NCBI GenBank assembly: GCA_050115495.1 | Contig: JASFQK010000005.1 | Coordinates: 122,531 to 186,530, forward strand | Source of the DNA: Phycisphaerae bacterium | GTDB taxonomy: Bacteria > Planctomycetota > Phycisphaerae > UBA1845 > Fen-1342 | Direction: 5' to 3' | DNA: 64,000 nucleotides | Part shown: piece after piece, positions 53,434 to 63,605 of the stretch | Numbering within the stretch: the stretch's first letter is position 1 | Layout of the letters: every line of letters starts with the position of its first letter | Made by a program: the position numbers and the translations under genes | Notes under the pieces: generated by a model | What the model was told of the DNA's origin: nothing | Databases searched by the model: none | What the model saw: only the letters and a program-made list of their open reading frames with translations

Positions 53434-54996
53434 TTACCCTTCGATCCGCTTCAAGGCTCGTTCCGCCTGCTGCCGCACCTGCCGCCGACGATCCTCCAAG
53501 GCGCGTTGCAGCGTCGGCATAGCCGCCCGCGCCTCGCCGCCCATCTGACCCAGCACCTCGATGGCCAGCAATCGGGCCGTGTGCCCATCGTTCTCGGCGA
53601 GTTCGAGCAGAGCCGGCACGGCCGCCTTGCCGATGTTGCCCAGTGCCGCCACGGCCTGCCGCGCCACGTCGAAGTTGGCATCGTCGGCGACCATGCGCAG
53701 ATCACGCACCGCCGGCCCGGCCTGCGCTCCCAGCCGCCCGACGAAAGCCGCCGCCAGCGCCCGCGTCAGCTCCACCTCGTCGCGCAGCAGTTCACCGAAA
53801 GCCGGCAGCGACTCGGCACCGATGTGCGTCATCGCCTGTGCCGCCCAGCGGCGCACGTTGAGCTCGTCGCTGCGCACCACGTCGCGCAAGGCGGGAATGG
53901 CCGCCCGGGCGTCCGGGCCGATATACCCTAGCGCGTCCGCCGACCGCGACCGCACATTCGCCGAGGCGTCCTCCAGCCGTTCGACCAGCGCCGGAACGGC
54001 GGCCCGCGCTTCCGGCCCAATATTCCCCAGCGCACCGGCGGCGTCGGCGCGAACCTCCGGCCAGTCATCTGCCAGCGCTTGCACGAGCGCCGGTACCGCT
54101 TCCGCGGCTTGCACACCCATCGTCTCCAGTCCGTGCACCGCCGCCGACCGCACCTGGCCGTCCGCATCGCCGACAGCTTCAGCCAGTAGCGGCAGCGCCG
54201 GCGGCCCACCGCGAGCGAGCGCCTCGGCCGCCGACCGCCGCCGGGACTCGTCGCCCTGGCGCAGCACCTCCAGCAGGATTGGCACGGCCTCGCCGCCGAT
54301 CCCGCCCAAGGCCATCAGCGCGTGCCACTGCACGTCGTCGTCTTCATCGTCGAGCGCCCGGCGCAGCGTCGGAACCGCTCCCGCGGCGGCCGGCCCGATC
54401 CGCCCCAGCGCGTCGGCGATGGAGCAGCGAAGATCCTCGTCTTCGTCCACGTCCGCCAGCCGGGCAACCAGATCCGGCACGGCCTCGCCGGCATCCGCGC
54501 CGCGTGCCCCGAGCGCGTGCACGGCGTACAGGCGCATGCCGTGGCGGTCGTCCGCGAGCGCCGCCCGCAGTGCCGCAACGGGCTCCGAAGACAATTCACC
54601 CAGGGCTGCCGCCGCATTGAGCTTCACATCGTCGTCTTCATCATCGAGAGCCGCCCGCAGCAGTTCCGCGGCGGCCTTCGCCGCCGGCCCGATCCGTCCC
54701 AGCGCATCGGCAGTGTTGGCTCGTACGAAGCCGTCCTCGTCCTGGAGCGCCGCTGACAACGCCGGCACCGCCGCCGCCGCCCGCGGTCCGAGGCTGCCGA
54801 GCGCCTCGATGGCGGCGCTGCGCCACTCTTCACCTTCGAGGGCTTCGATCAGACCGGTCACCGCCGTCTCGCCGAGCCGTTCGAGCGCCACGCTCGCCGC
54901 GTGCCGGAGACTCGCGTCGCCGTCCACCAACCACTGCAACAGGCCCTGGACCTGAGCCAGCGCCGGCGATACCTCGCGTCCTTCTTCTTCGTCCAT
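53434..54996 (-). CDS. HEAT (PBS lyase-like) repeat protein
   Basis: Many VRxxAAxALGxIGPxAxxAVPAL repeats; start may be GTG 55044. Confidence 0.9.
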   Translation of the reverse strand: MDEEEGREVSPALAQVQGLLQWLVDGDASLRHAASVALERLGETAVTGLIEALEGEEWRSAAIEALGSLGPRAAAAVPALSAALQDEDGFVRANTADALGRIGPAAKAAAELLRAALDDEDDDVKLNAAAALGELSSEPVAALRAALADDRHGMRLYAVHALGARGADAGEAVPDLVARLADVDEDEDLRCSIADALGRIGPAAAGAVPTLRRALDDEDDDVQWHALMALGGIGGEAVPILLEVLRQGDESRRRSAAEALARGGPPALPLLAEAVGDADGQVRSAAVHGLETMGVQAAEAVPALVQALADDWPEVRADAAGALGNIGPEARAAVPALVERLEDASANVRSRSADALGYIGPDARAAIPALRDVVRSDELNVRRWAAQAMTHIGAESLPAFGELLRDEVELTRALAAAFVGRLGAQAGPAVRDLRMVADDANFDVARQAVAALGNIGKAAVPALLELAENDGHTARLLAIEVLGQMGGEARAAMPTLQRALEDRRRQVRQQAERALKRIEG

Positions 54997-55120
54997 GGGG
55001 AAACCCGCGCCGTCTGAGCCGTCGGCCGGCGCGGCGTACACCACCCGCCGGCCGGCCGCTATTGCCGACCACGACCCATCAGCATAGCCGATCGGCCACG
55101 TCGGCAGAACCGCGCGCGGG

Positions 55121-58100
55121 TCAGTCCTCGGCGTTGTCCGTGGCCAGGTTCAGGCCGTGGCCGGGCCGGTTCTTGTAAACGAGCCAGTACGTCACCGGGA
55201 TCACGAAGAGCGTGAAGACCGTCGAGGCGAACAGGCCGAAGATCAGCGCCCAGGCCAGCCCGGAGAAGATCGGGTCGATGGCGATCGGCGCCGCCGACAG
55301 CATCGCCGTTCCCACCGTCAGCAGAATCGGCCGCAGCCGCACGACGCAGCTCTCGATGATTGCGTCGTACAGCGACCGCCCGCGTTTCAGCGACAGGTGC
55401 ACGAAGTCCACGATGATCACCGCTTGCCGCGTCACGATACCGGCCAGGGCGATCATGCCGATCATGCCCGTCGCCGTGAAGAAGATCGGGTCAGCGTACG
55501 CCCCGATCTGCCCGCCAGCGACCGCGTTCAGCAGCCAGAAACCCGGCATGATGCCGATCACCGTCAGCGGAATCGCCAGCATCAGCACGACCGGAATCGC
55601 GAAGGACGCCGTCTGCGCCACGAGCAGGATGTAGATCCCGACGAGCGCCCCGGCGAAGGCCAGTCCCAGGTCGCGGAACACGTCGAGCGTGATCTGCCAT
55701 TCGCCCTCGCCGGCGAAGTCCACCTGGAACCCGTCCGGCACCGCCCAGGCCACGCCCGAGCCGTTGGTCAGGAACGTGCGCGACGAGACGGGTCGCGGCG
55801 TGCTATCGCTCACCAGACCGTTACCGATGGCCGATGCCTTCGCCGCTTCGGACATGGTGCCCAGCGACGTCTGATCCGCGAGAACGTCCACAACGCAATC
55901 CGCCGGCGGTCGGCCCGCCGTCTCACCGATGACGTACGCCACACGCTTCAGGTTTTTGTGATAGATCGTCTTGTCGGCCAGCCGCTCGGACCACTGTCCC
56001 AGCTCCGACAGCGGCACCAGTTCGCCCGACCGGCCCTTCACCTGCACACGGGCCAGGTCGGCCATGCTCGAACGCTGGGACTCCGGCACACGGAGCACGA
56101 TTCGCAACGGGTCGCGTTCGTCCGGGGCGTGGATCAACCCCGCCGTCTGCCCGCCGAGCACCATGACCAGCGTGCTGGAGATCTCATCGACCGACACGCC
56201 GCTGACCGCCGCTTTCTCCTTGTCCGTGTCGAACACGAGCTGCGTGCTGTCCGCCTCGGCCATCGTGTCCACTTCGACGACGAACGGCTCGCGGCGCAGT
56301 CGCTCCGCCACCGTCTTCGACGCCGCGACCAGCTCCTTGTAGCGATGATCCGGCTGGCCGTAGACCTCGGCCACCAGCGTCGCCAGCACCGGCGGTCCCG
56401 GCGGCGTCTCCACGACGTGCACGATCGCGTTATGCCGGGCGGCGATCGCCGTCAGTTCATCCCGCAGCCGCAGGTTCAGCTCGTGGCTCTGTTGCTCCCG
56501 GCTCTTCTTGCCGACCAGGTTCAGCCGGATCTCGGCGACGTTCGGCCCCTGCCGCAGGTAGTAGTGCCGCACCAGGCCGTTGAAGTCCATCGGCGAGGAC
56601 AGCCCGACGTACGACGTGAAGTCGGTCAGTTCGGGCACGGTCGCCAGGAAGGCTTCCATCTCGCGCACGGCGGCATCGGACCGTTCGAGCGTCGTCCCCT
56701 CGTCGAAGTCCACCACGAGCAGCAATTCGTTCTTGTTGTCGAACGGCAGCATCTTCAGCGGCACGGCCCGCACCGCGGCCAGTCCCGCCGCCACCACCAT
56801 GAGTAGGGCCATCACGCCCAGGAAGCCCCACGCCGCCACGCGCGAACGCAGCAATCCGCCCATCAGCGGAGCAAACAGCTTGTACAGCACACTCTGCCGC
56901 ACGGCTGCCGAGTCGTCCGGATCGTGCACCGGCTCGCCGGCGGCGGCCTTCCGCTGATAGACGCGCTTCAGTACATGGTACGTCAGCCACGGCGTGATCG
57001 TGAACGCCACGACCATCGACATGACCATCGTCACCGGCACGTTCAGCGCCATCGGCCGCATGTACGGCCCCATCATCCCGGTGATGAAGAACATCGGCAG
57101 GAACGACACGATCACCGCCAGCGTCGCCGTGATCAGCGGCGGACGAATCTCGGCCACCGCTTCGAGCACGATCGCCCGCGTCGCCTTGCGACGGAGCGAG
57201 AAGTGCCGCGTGATGTTCTCGACGTCGACGATCGGGTCGTCGACGAGCAGACCGAGCGCCAGGATCAGGGCGAACAGCGTGACCCGGTTGATCGTGTAGC
57301 CCGCCAGTAGGTTCACCGTCAGCGTCAGGCCGAACACCACCGGCACGGCCACCGCCACGATCAGCGCTTCGCGCCAACCCAGCCCCAGCGTCAACAAGGC
57401 AATGACGATGAACACCGCCACCGCCAGCCCCTCGACGAGTTCGTTGACTTTCTCGTCCGAGGTCAGGCCGGCGTTGCGGGTGATAACCATCTCGACGTCG
57501 TCGGGGACGATCTCGGCCTTGAGCTCCTCCGCCGCTTTCAGCAGGTCGCGGGCCACCCAGACGGCGTTCGTGCCCTTCTTCTTGGCCAGGGCGATCGTCA
57601 CCGCCGGCTGCGAGAGCTGCCCGTCCGCAGCTTCAGCGGACGGCGGACCGACCAGCGTGCCCGTCGCCCCCTCGTGAGCGGCGAAACCACGGGCCGGACC
57701 CCACCCGTGCCGCACGAAGCTCGTCACCTCGTCCGGGCCGTCCTCGATCGTCGCCACGTCCTTCAGAAACACCGGCTGATCGCCATAGACCCCGACGACC
57801 AGGTCGGGCAGTTCGTCCGTGCGTTCCAGCGCCCGCCCCGCCTCGACTCGGAATTCGGCGTCGCCCCGCGAGAACTCACCGCTGGGACACGTCACGTTCG
57901 TGACCTGAATCGCCTGCTGCACTTCCAGTGGCGACAGGTGATACGCCTCCAGCCGCGCCGGATCGAGATACACGTGCGCCACGCGCGGTTGCCCGCCGAC
58001 GATGTACGCCCGCGAGACGTTCTCGACCGCGGCCAGACGCTCCACGACCTCTTCGCCGACCCGTCGCAGCGCATACTCGTCCGCCGTCGCACTCGTCAGC

Positions 58101-58567
58101 GTCAGCGTGACGATCGGTACATCGTCGATTTCCACCGGCTTGATGACCCACCCGGTCACCCCCGGCGGCACGACGTCCACATGCTCGTCGATGCGCTTGT
58201 ACAGTTTGACGAGGCTGCGCTCGCGATCCTCGCCGACGTAGAAGCGCACCGTGATCACGGCCGCGTCGGCCCGCGACATCGAGTACACGTACTCGACACC
58301 GTCGATCTGGTAGAGCAGCTTCTCCAGCGGCGTGGACACAAGCTGCTCGACCTCTTCGGCCGAATGCCCCGGGAAGCTGACGTACACATCGGCCAGCGGC
58401 ACGACGATCTGCGGATCCTCCTCACGCGGCGTGATGAACAGCGCCGCCCCGCCCAGCACTGCGGCCAGCAGGATCAGGATCAGCGACAGGTTCGAGTGCA
58501 GAAACGCGCGGACGATCGCATTCGTGAAGCCGTGCTTCGCTTCCGCCGAGCCGGGTTGTTCAGCCAT
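55121..58567 (-). CDS. RND efflux permease (AcrB/AcrD/AcrF family)
   Basis: PREEDPQI, INRVTLFALILALGLLVDDPIVDVENI, RLRPILLT; 1148 aa. Confidence 0.95.
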   Translation of the reverse strand: MAEQPGSAEAKHGFTNAIVRAFLHSNLSLILILLAAVLGGAALFITPREEDPQIVVPLADVYVSFPGHSAEEVEQLVSTPLEKLLYQIDGVEYVYSMSRADAAVITVRFYVGEDRERSLVKLYKRIDEHVDVVPPGVTGWVIKPVEIDDVPIVTLTLTSATADEYALRRVGEEVVERLAAVENVSRAYIVGGQPRVAHVYLDPARLEAYHLSPLEVQQAIQVTNVTCPSGEFSRGDAEFRVEAGRALERTDELPDLVVGVYGDQPVFLKDVATIEDGPDEVTSFVRHGWGPARGFAAHEGATGTLVGPPSAEAADGQLSQPAVTIALAKKKGTNAVWVARDLLKAAEELKAEIVPDDVEMVITRNAGLTSDEKVNELVEGLAVAVFIVIALLTLGLGWREALIVAVAVPVVFGLTLTVNLLAGYTINRVTLFALILALGLLVDDPIVDVENITRHFSLRRKATRAIVLEAVAEIRPPLITATLAVIVSFLPMFFITGMMGPYMRPMALNVPVTMVMSMVVAFTITPWLTYHVLKRVYQRKAAAGEPVHDPDDSAAVRQSVLYKLFAPLMGGLLRSRVAAWGFLGVMALLMVVAAGLAAVRAVPLKMLPFDNKNELLLVVDFDEGTTLERSDAAVREMEAFLATVPELTDFTSYVGLSSPMDFNGLVRHYYLRQGPNVAEIRLNLVGKKSREQQSHELNLRLRDELTAIAARHNAIVHVVETPPGPPVLATLVAEVYGQPDHRYKELVAASKTVAERLRREPFVVEVDTMAEADSTQLVFDTDKEKAAVSGVSVDEISSTLVMVLGGQTAGLIHAPDERDPLRIVLRVPESQRSSMADLARVQVKGRSGELVPLSELGQWSERLADKTIYHKNLKRVAYVIGETAGRPPADCVVDVLADQTSLGTMSEAAKASAIGNGLVSDSTPRPVSSRTFLTNGSGVAWAVPDGFQVDFAGEGEWQITLDVFRDLGLAFAGALVGIYILLVAQTASFAIPVVLMLAIPLTVIGIMPGFWLLNAVAGGQIGAYADPIFFTATGMIGMIALAGIVTRQAVIIVDFVHLSLKRGRSLYDAIIESCVVRLRPILLTVGTAMLSAAPIAIDPIFSGLAWALIFGLFASTVFTLFVIPVTYWLVYKNRPGHGLNLATDNAED

Positions 58568-59684
58568 CGGTGCGTTCCTCCGCCCGCAGCGCGACCTGCT
58601 CGCCGGCCGCCAGTCCGGCCAGCACCTCGACGTCGGTGCCTACCGTGCGACCGAGCCGCACCGCCCGCCGTTCCAGCCGGCGATCGGCGCCGGTGTCGTG
58701 CACCACGTCGACCAGGTCCAGTTGCCCGACCTTGCTCACCGCGGCCTGCGGCACAACCAGCAACTCCTCGTCATCGAGCGGGATGAGCAGTCGCCCGAAC
58801 ATGCCCGAGTACACACCGTCCGGACACGGGCCGGTCACCTTCACCGCGAAGCTGCGGCTGGCCGCCTCGGCTTCGGGCACGATCTCGTTGATCTGCCCGG
58901 CGCACGTCTTGTGCAGGGCGTCTACCCGCACGCCGATCTCCTCGCCCACCCGCAACCGCTGCGCCAGCGACTCGCGCACGTGGGCCACGAGCTGCATCCG
59001 CGTCGGGTCGTACAGCGTCACCACCACCTGCCCCGGCGTAACCATGTCCCCCACTTCGACCCGCTTGTCCACGACGACCCCGTCAATCGGGCTGTCGATC
59101 GTCGCGTAGGCGACTGTCGTCCGCGCCTCCTGCAGTGCCTGCTTCGCCTGGTCGAGCCCGGCCACGCGGGCCCGCAGGTCCGTCTCGGCCCGTTCGTACT
59201 CCACCCGTGAGGCGTTGCCCTGCTCATACAACCCGTGCACGCGGTCGTATTCGATCTGGGCCTGGTCGCGAGCGGCCTCCGCGGCGGCGACCGCCGCCTC
59301 CGCCTGCCGCACGCGGGCCTGCAAGTCCTCATCATCCAGCCGGACGAGCATCTCGCCGGTCTTCACGTGCTGGCCGGCCTGGGCGTTGACCTGGAGGACC
59401 CGAGCCAGCAGCTTCGAGGCGACCGATACCTGGTGGACGGCCCGGATCGTCCCGACCGCCGTCTCCTGGGCCGGTACGCGCACCAGCCGCACCTCGGCCA
59501 GCGGTACGTCCCCCACTGGCCGGCTGGCGACCGCCGACTCACCGTGGGCCCCGGCCCCGAGCTTCCGGTTGAACGCCCCGGCCAGGTACATCAACAACAC
59601 GACGACGACGGCGGTAAAGACCACCGCCGTCACGACCACGCGCACTGCCGAGCCCTTGCCGGGCGTCTGTTTCTTCTGGGACAT
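58560..59684 (-). CDS. RND efflux periplasmic adaptor (membrane fusion protein)
   Basis: N-terminal TM, GQHVKTGEMLVRLD, coiled coil, IDSPIDGVV, GMFGR, GLAAGEQV. Confidence 0.93.
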   Translation of the reverse strand: MSQKKQTPGKGSAVRVVVTAVVFTAVVVVLLMYLAGAFNRKLGAGAHGESAVASRPVGDVPLAEVRLVRVPAQETAVGTIRAVHQVSVASKLLARVLQVNAQAGQHVKTGEMLVRLDDEDLQARVRQAEAAVAAAEAARDQAQIEYDRVHGLYEQGNASRVEYERAETDLRARVAGLDQAKQALQEARTTVAYATIDSPIDGVVVDKRVEVGDMVTPGQVVVTLYDPTRMQLVAHVRESLAQRLRVGEEIGVRVDALHKTCAGQINEIVPEAEAASRSFAVKVTGPCPDGVYSGMFGRLLIPLDDEELLVVPQAAVSKVGQLDLVDVVHDTGADRRLERRAVRLGRTVGTDVEVLAGLAAGEQVALRAEERTDG

Positions 59685-59688
59685 TGCC

Positions 59689-60051
59689 CTATCCTCCGCT
59701 TTCCGCCGACTCGTTGGCCGGCGGTTCGGCCACCACCCCCGACGCACAATGCCGCCGCAGACACTCGATCAGGGCGACTGCGCTGGGGTTCACCACGCGG
59801 TAGTGTACATGCCGGCCGACGCGCTGGCGTTCCACGATGCCGCTGGTCCGCATGTTCGTCAGGTGCTGGCTGACCGCCGCCGGCCGCAGCCCGAGTGCCT
59901 CCGCCAATTCCCCCACCGGCACGGCCTGCTGCATCAGGTAGGCGACAATCTGCAACCGATCGGGATGCGCCAGGACGCGGAGCATGTCGGCGGTCCGCTC
60001 AATCATGTCCGAAGGGATACACCACATGCAGTCCGGTACCTGTCGCGTCAT
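59689..60051 (-). CDS. ArsR/SmtB family transcriptional regulator
   Basis: LRVLAHPDRLQIV, VGELAEALG, VSQHL, RVGRHVHY; GAGGTGG RBS before ATG 60051. Confidence 0.92.
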   Translation of the reverse strand: MTRQVPDCMWCIPSDMIERTADMLRVLAHPDRLQIVAYLMQQAVPVGELAEALGLRPAAVSQHLTNMRTSGIVERQRVGRHVHYRVVNPSAVALIECLRRHCASGVVAEPPANESAESGG

Positions 60052-60070
60052 CAGCCACCTCACTATGCTC

Positions 60071-60117
60071 AATATATCATGAATTACAGACATGTCAAAC
60101 TCACGACATTAGAATGT
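60071..60117 (-). promoter_or_regulatory. sigma70 promoter and candidate ArsR operators
   Basis: Minus strand TTGACA-N16-TATATT with TGn; palindromes GACATGTC (60089-60096) and ACATT-ag-AATGT (60106-60117) in an AT-rich patch. Confidence 0.6.
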
Positions 60118-60397
60118 AGAACAACACCGGACCGTCGCAGGCCGAAACCGGTCCCGAAAGAAGTTGATGAAAATACCCACCCGCCACTATCCCCCACTGT
60201 CCTGATAAAGCTCCGCTGAGCATCCCTCAGGCCGATTGAGACCGCGGAATTGAGATAACGTCCGAGAACATCGCTTATTTCTTCCGAATTCGGCGGTGGA
60301 TCGCCGGTTCCTTTTTATAGAATTCGTACGGGCGGGCACGGTCCCGCGACCGACCCGCCGCGGGCAATAACGCTCGACGCGACACGGAGACGCTTCC

Positions 60398-61129
60398 ATG
60401 GCAACGCGACTGCTGGCCACCGACATGGACGGCACGTTCATCGGCGATGATCGGGCGATCCAGGAGTTATGGGATCTTCTCGAACGCCAGGGGGTCACTC
60501 TCGCCTTCTCCACCGGCCGACATCTCCAATCCATCGAGTCGTTCTACGCGGAGAAGGCCCTCTCCCGCCGGGCGGACGTCTGCGTCTGCATGGTGGGTAC
60601 GGATGTCCACTTCCGCGGCAACGGCAGTTACACGCTCGACCCCGCCTGGCATGAGTACATCCACGTCGGCTGGGACAAGGACGCCGTCGAGGAGATCCTG
60701 CGCTCGATCCCCGAGGCGCGTATGCAGGACGAGCAGTGGCAGTCGCCTTTCAAGAGCAGCTACTACCTCGAAGAGAACGCCGAGGCCCGCCTTGCCGAAA
60801 TCAACCAACGGCTTCGCGAGCGCGGTCTCGACGCCAAGGTTGTCTACTCGGCGGACAAGTTCCTCGACCTGTTGCCGATCAAGTCCGGCAAGGGCGAGGC
60901 GGTCCGCTACGTAGCCGAGAAGCTCGGCCTGTCGCCGGCGAATGTGGTCACCGCGGGCGATACCGGTAACGATCTCGACATGATGCGGCCGGAACTCGGT
61001 TTCCGGAGCATTGCCGTTGGCAATGCCGCTCCGGAGCTGAAAGCGTTCCGCGCCGCACAGGTGTATCACGCGCAGGCAGCGTATGCCGCGGGCATTCTCG
61101 AAGGCCTGCGCGAGTTTGGATGGCTGTAG
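60398..61129 (+). CDS. Sucrose-/mannosylfructose-phosphate phosphatase (HAD IIB)
   Basis: LLATDMDGT, STGR, QSPFKSSY, VVYSADKFLDLLP, KGEA, AGDTGND, VGNA. Confidence 0.88.
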   Translation: MATRLLATDMDGTFIGDDRAIQELWDLLERQGVTLAFSTGRHLQSIESFYAEKALSRRADVCVCMVGTDVHFRGNGSYTLDPAWHEYIHVGWDKDAVEEILRSIPEARMQDEQWQSPFKSSYYLEENAEARLAEINQRLRERGLDAKVVYSADKFLDLLPIKSGKGEAVRYVAEKLGLSPANVVTAGDTGNDLDMMRPELGFRSIAVGNAAPELKAFRAAQVYHAQAAYAAGILEGLREFGWL

Positions 61130-61229
61130 GCGAGAGTCTGATGCGACCGGGGGGATCGCCAAGCAGCCCGAGATGTACGTGCCTGCCGTCAGACCGGCGG
61201 ACGGGCCAGCACTGAGAAGGGAGCAACGC

Positions 61230-62606
61230 GTGTTCCAAGATCGTAACCGGACACACGTCCTGATGATCACCAACCACGGCATGCACGAGTGGAAGGTCGT
61301 GCCGGGGCTGCCCGACACCGGCGGCCAGAACGTTTACGTGAATCAGTTCACGGACGCGCTCGTCGAGCAGGGCTACCGCGTCACCATCGTGAACCGCGGC
61401 GGTTACGTCCACCCAGTGACCGGGCAGATGCAGACCGGCGTTCGCTGGCACCCCTCCGGCCACGCCCGCATCGTCTACCTCGAAGACGGCCGGGCCGAGT
61501 TCGTCCGCAAGGAGGACATGGACGAGCAACTGCCGAAGCTGGCCGAGGACCTGCGAGCGAAGCTCGACGCCGAAAGCGATACGTTCGACCTGATCATCTC
61601 GCACTACTGGGACGCCGGGAAGCTGGGCACGCTGGTCAACACCGGTGCGCAGCGGCTGCCGCACGTGTGGGTGCCGCACTCGCTCGGGGCCCTGAAGAAA
61701 CGGAACATGGACCCGTCGACCTGGGCGGACCTGCGCATCGACGAGCGCATCGCCAACGAGCAGGCCCTGCTCCAGATCATCGATGGCGGCGTGGCCACCT
61801 CGTCGGCGATCCGCGACTCGTTCCGGGACGACTACGGTGTCGAGGCCAAGTACTTCCTGCCACCCTGCGTCGAGCCGGACCGCATCCGTCCGCTTCCCGC
61901 CGGCGACCTCGGGCCGACGTGGCAGTTCCTCGCCGAACAGTCGGGGCTTTCGGTCAGCGACCTCCAGCGGCGGAAGATCATCATGGAGGTCAGCCGCACC
62001 GACAAGACCAAGCGCAAGGACGTGCTCATCAAGGCGTTCGCCCGCGTGCATCAGGATGTGCCCGAGGCGCTGCTGGTGGTCTCTATCGACGACCGCACGC
62101 CGGCCCTGCACGAGGCTCTGCGCGGCTTGATCCGTGAGCTCCGTCTCGAAAAGGACATCGTCGTGCTCGGCTCGGTCTGGGCGCAACTGCCCGGCCTGTA
62201 CAACGTCACGTCCGTCTACTGCACGCCGTCCGTCATGGAGGGCTTCGGCATGAGTGCCCAGGAGGCGGCGGCCACCGCGCGTCCGGTCGTGGCCTCGCAC
62301 CTGGTGCCCTTCGTCTGCGAGTACCTAGTCGGCGAGAAGCCCGACAAGGTCACCGTCACCGACAACGGCGAGAGCCACGAGCTGCTGCTGGGTCAGGCAG
62401 GCATGGTCGTACCGGCGGATTACGTGGCCGGCTTCGCCGTCGCCCTGACGCGTCTGCTCCGCGACGACGACCTGCGGCAGCGCATGGGTCGCCGCGCTTT
62501 GGACATCACGATTCCGTATTTCACGTGGCACAGCCGCTCGAAGGACCTGCTGGACGACCTGGGTGTCAGCCCCACGCGCTCGGGGCAGAAGGGGAAGTCG
62601 TCGTGA
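61230..62606 (+). CDS. Sucrose-/mannosylfructose-phosphate synthase-like GT4
   Basis: HG...PDTGGQNVYV, SHYWDAG, PHSLGALKKR, EGFGMSAQEA; GTG 61230 after AAGGGAG. Confidence 0.85.
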   Translation: MFQDRNRTHVLMITNHGMHEWKVVPGLPDTGGQNVYVNQFTDALVEQGYRVTIVNRGGYVHPVTGQMQTGVRWHPSGHARIVYLEDGRAEFVRKEDMDEQLPKLAEDLRAKLDAESDTFDLIISHYWDAGKLGTLVNTGAQRLPHVWVPHSLGALKKRNMDPSTWADLRIDERIANEQALLQIIDGGVATSSAIRDSFRDDYGVEAKYFLPPCVEPDRIRPLPAGDLGPTWQFLAEQSGLSVSDLQRRKIIMEVSRTDKTKRKDVLIKAFARVHQDVPEALLVVSIDDRTPALHEALRGLIRELRLEKDIVVLGSVWAQLPGLYNVTSVYCTPSVMEGFGMSAQEAAATARPVVASHLVPFVCEYLVGEKPDKVTVTDNGESHELLLGQAGMVVPADYVAGFAVALTRLLRDDDLRQRMGRRALDITIPYFTWHSRSKDLLDDLGVSPTRSGQKGKSS

Positions 62607-63562
62607 TCCGGCATCTGCACAACGTGTCGCGCGGTCGCCTGGCCGACTTTCTGATCGAGACGTGGGCCCTGCAAGGGCGCGAGGGGTTCCTCCTGTCGAG
62701 TCCCGACAGCGCCGAATGCGGCACCGAACACGCTCTCGATGAAAGCTGCGGTGTGCGTTACCGCTTCCGCTGGATGCCGCACCGCGAGATCCGCGGGGAC
62801 GTCGCCGCTCTCGAACGGCGTGGCATCCTGAACCCGCGGCGGGACGAGAGCCGGCTCTTCCGCGATCCGCGCGACCCGCACGGCCGCCACTGTTTCCTCT
62901 GCGCGCCGAACATCCACGAGTGCCACCCGATGGAGCGCCTGATCCCGTTGCGGCTGGCCGGCCACGACTACTACGCCGGCGCCAACTTCGCCTGGATCGA
63001 GCGTGACCATTTCACGGTGATGGCCGCGGAACACGTGGACCAGCTCTACGCACGGCATACGCTCGACGCCATGCTGGCGCTGCATGCCCAGACCGGCGGG
63101 CGGTTTCGCGTGCTGTTCAATGGGCCGGGAGCCGGGGCGAGTATCCCCTGGCACCTGCACTATCAGATCACCACGCAACCCATGCCGATCGAGCAGATGA
63201 ATCCCGATGGCGAGGCGGCCTATCCCACGAGCGTGCGCCGTTTTCGCGTCGCCACCGGCGGGGTCGAACAGGCCCACGCCATGGCCGCGGCCTGGCTCCA
63301 GCGCGACCCGGCGCGGCACAGCATCAACATCCTGATCGCCGGCGCGGTGGTCGATGCGTGGATCTTCGTCTTCCCGCGCGATCGCGAGCGGGCGACGGCG
63401 ACGAACAAGGGCTTGGTCGGTGGGTTCGAGGTCGCCGGCGATTTCGTGCTCAGCAGCCCGCAGGAAGAGTGGGCGTTCCGGCACGCCTCGGCGGCGACGG
63501 CGCGGACGATTCTCGAACAGATCTGCCCCGAAGACCGCGCGCCGGATACGCGCGTCGCGTAG
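62603..63562 (+). CDS. HIT-superfamily NDP-sugar phosphorylase/nucleotidyltransferase-like protein (VTC2/GDPGP1/DUF4922-like)
   Basis: CFLC, HFTV...EHVDQ, FNGPGAGASIPWHLHYQ, FVFPR, GGFEVAG; GTGA overlap with the synthase stop. Confidence 0.75.
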   Translation: MIRHLHNVSRGRLADFLIETWALQGREGFLLSSPDSAECGTEHALDESCGVRYRFRWMPHREIRGDVAALERRGILNPRRDESRLFRDPRDPHGRHCFLCAPNIHECHPMERLIPLRLAGHDYYAGANFAWIERDHFTVMAAEHVDQLYARHTLDAMLALHAQTGGRFRVLFNGPGAGASIPWHLHYQITTQPMPIEQMNPDGEAAYPTSVRRFRVATGGVEQAHAMAAAWLQRDPARHSINILIAGAVVDAWIFVFPRDRERATATNKGLVGGFEVAGDFVLSSPQEEWAFRHASAATARTILEQICPEDRAPDTRVA

Positions 63563-63605
63563 CGATGCGTCAGAGAAAACGCAGGCCCCGGCGTGCCTGT
63601 CTGCG

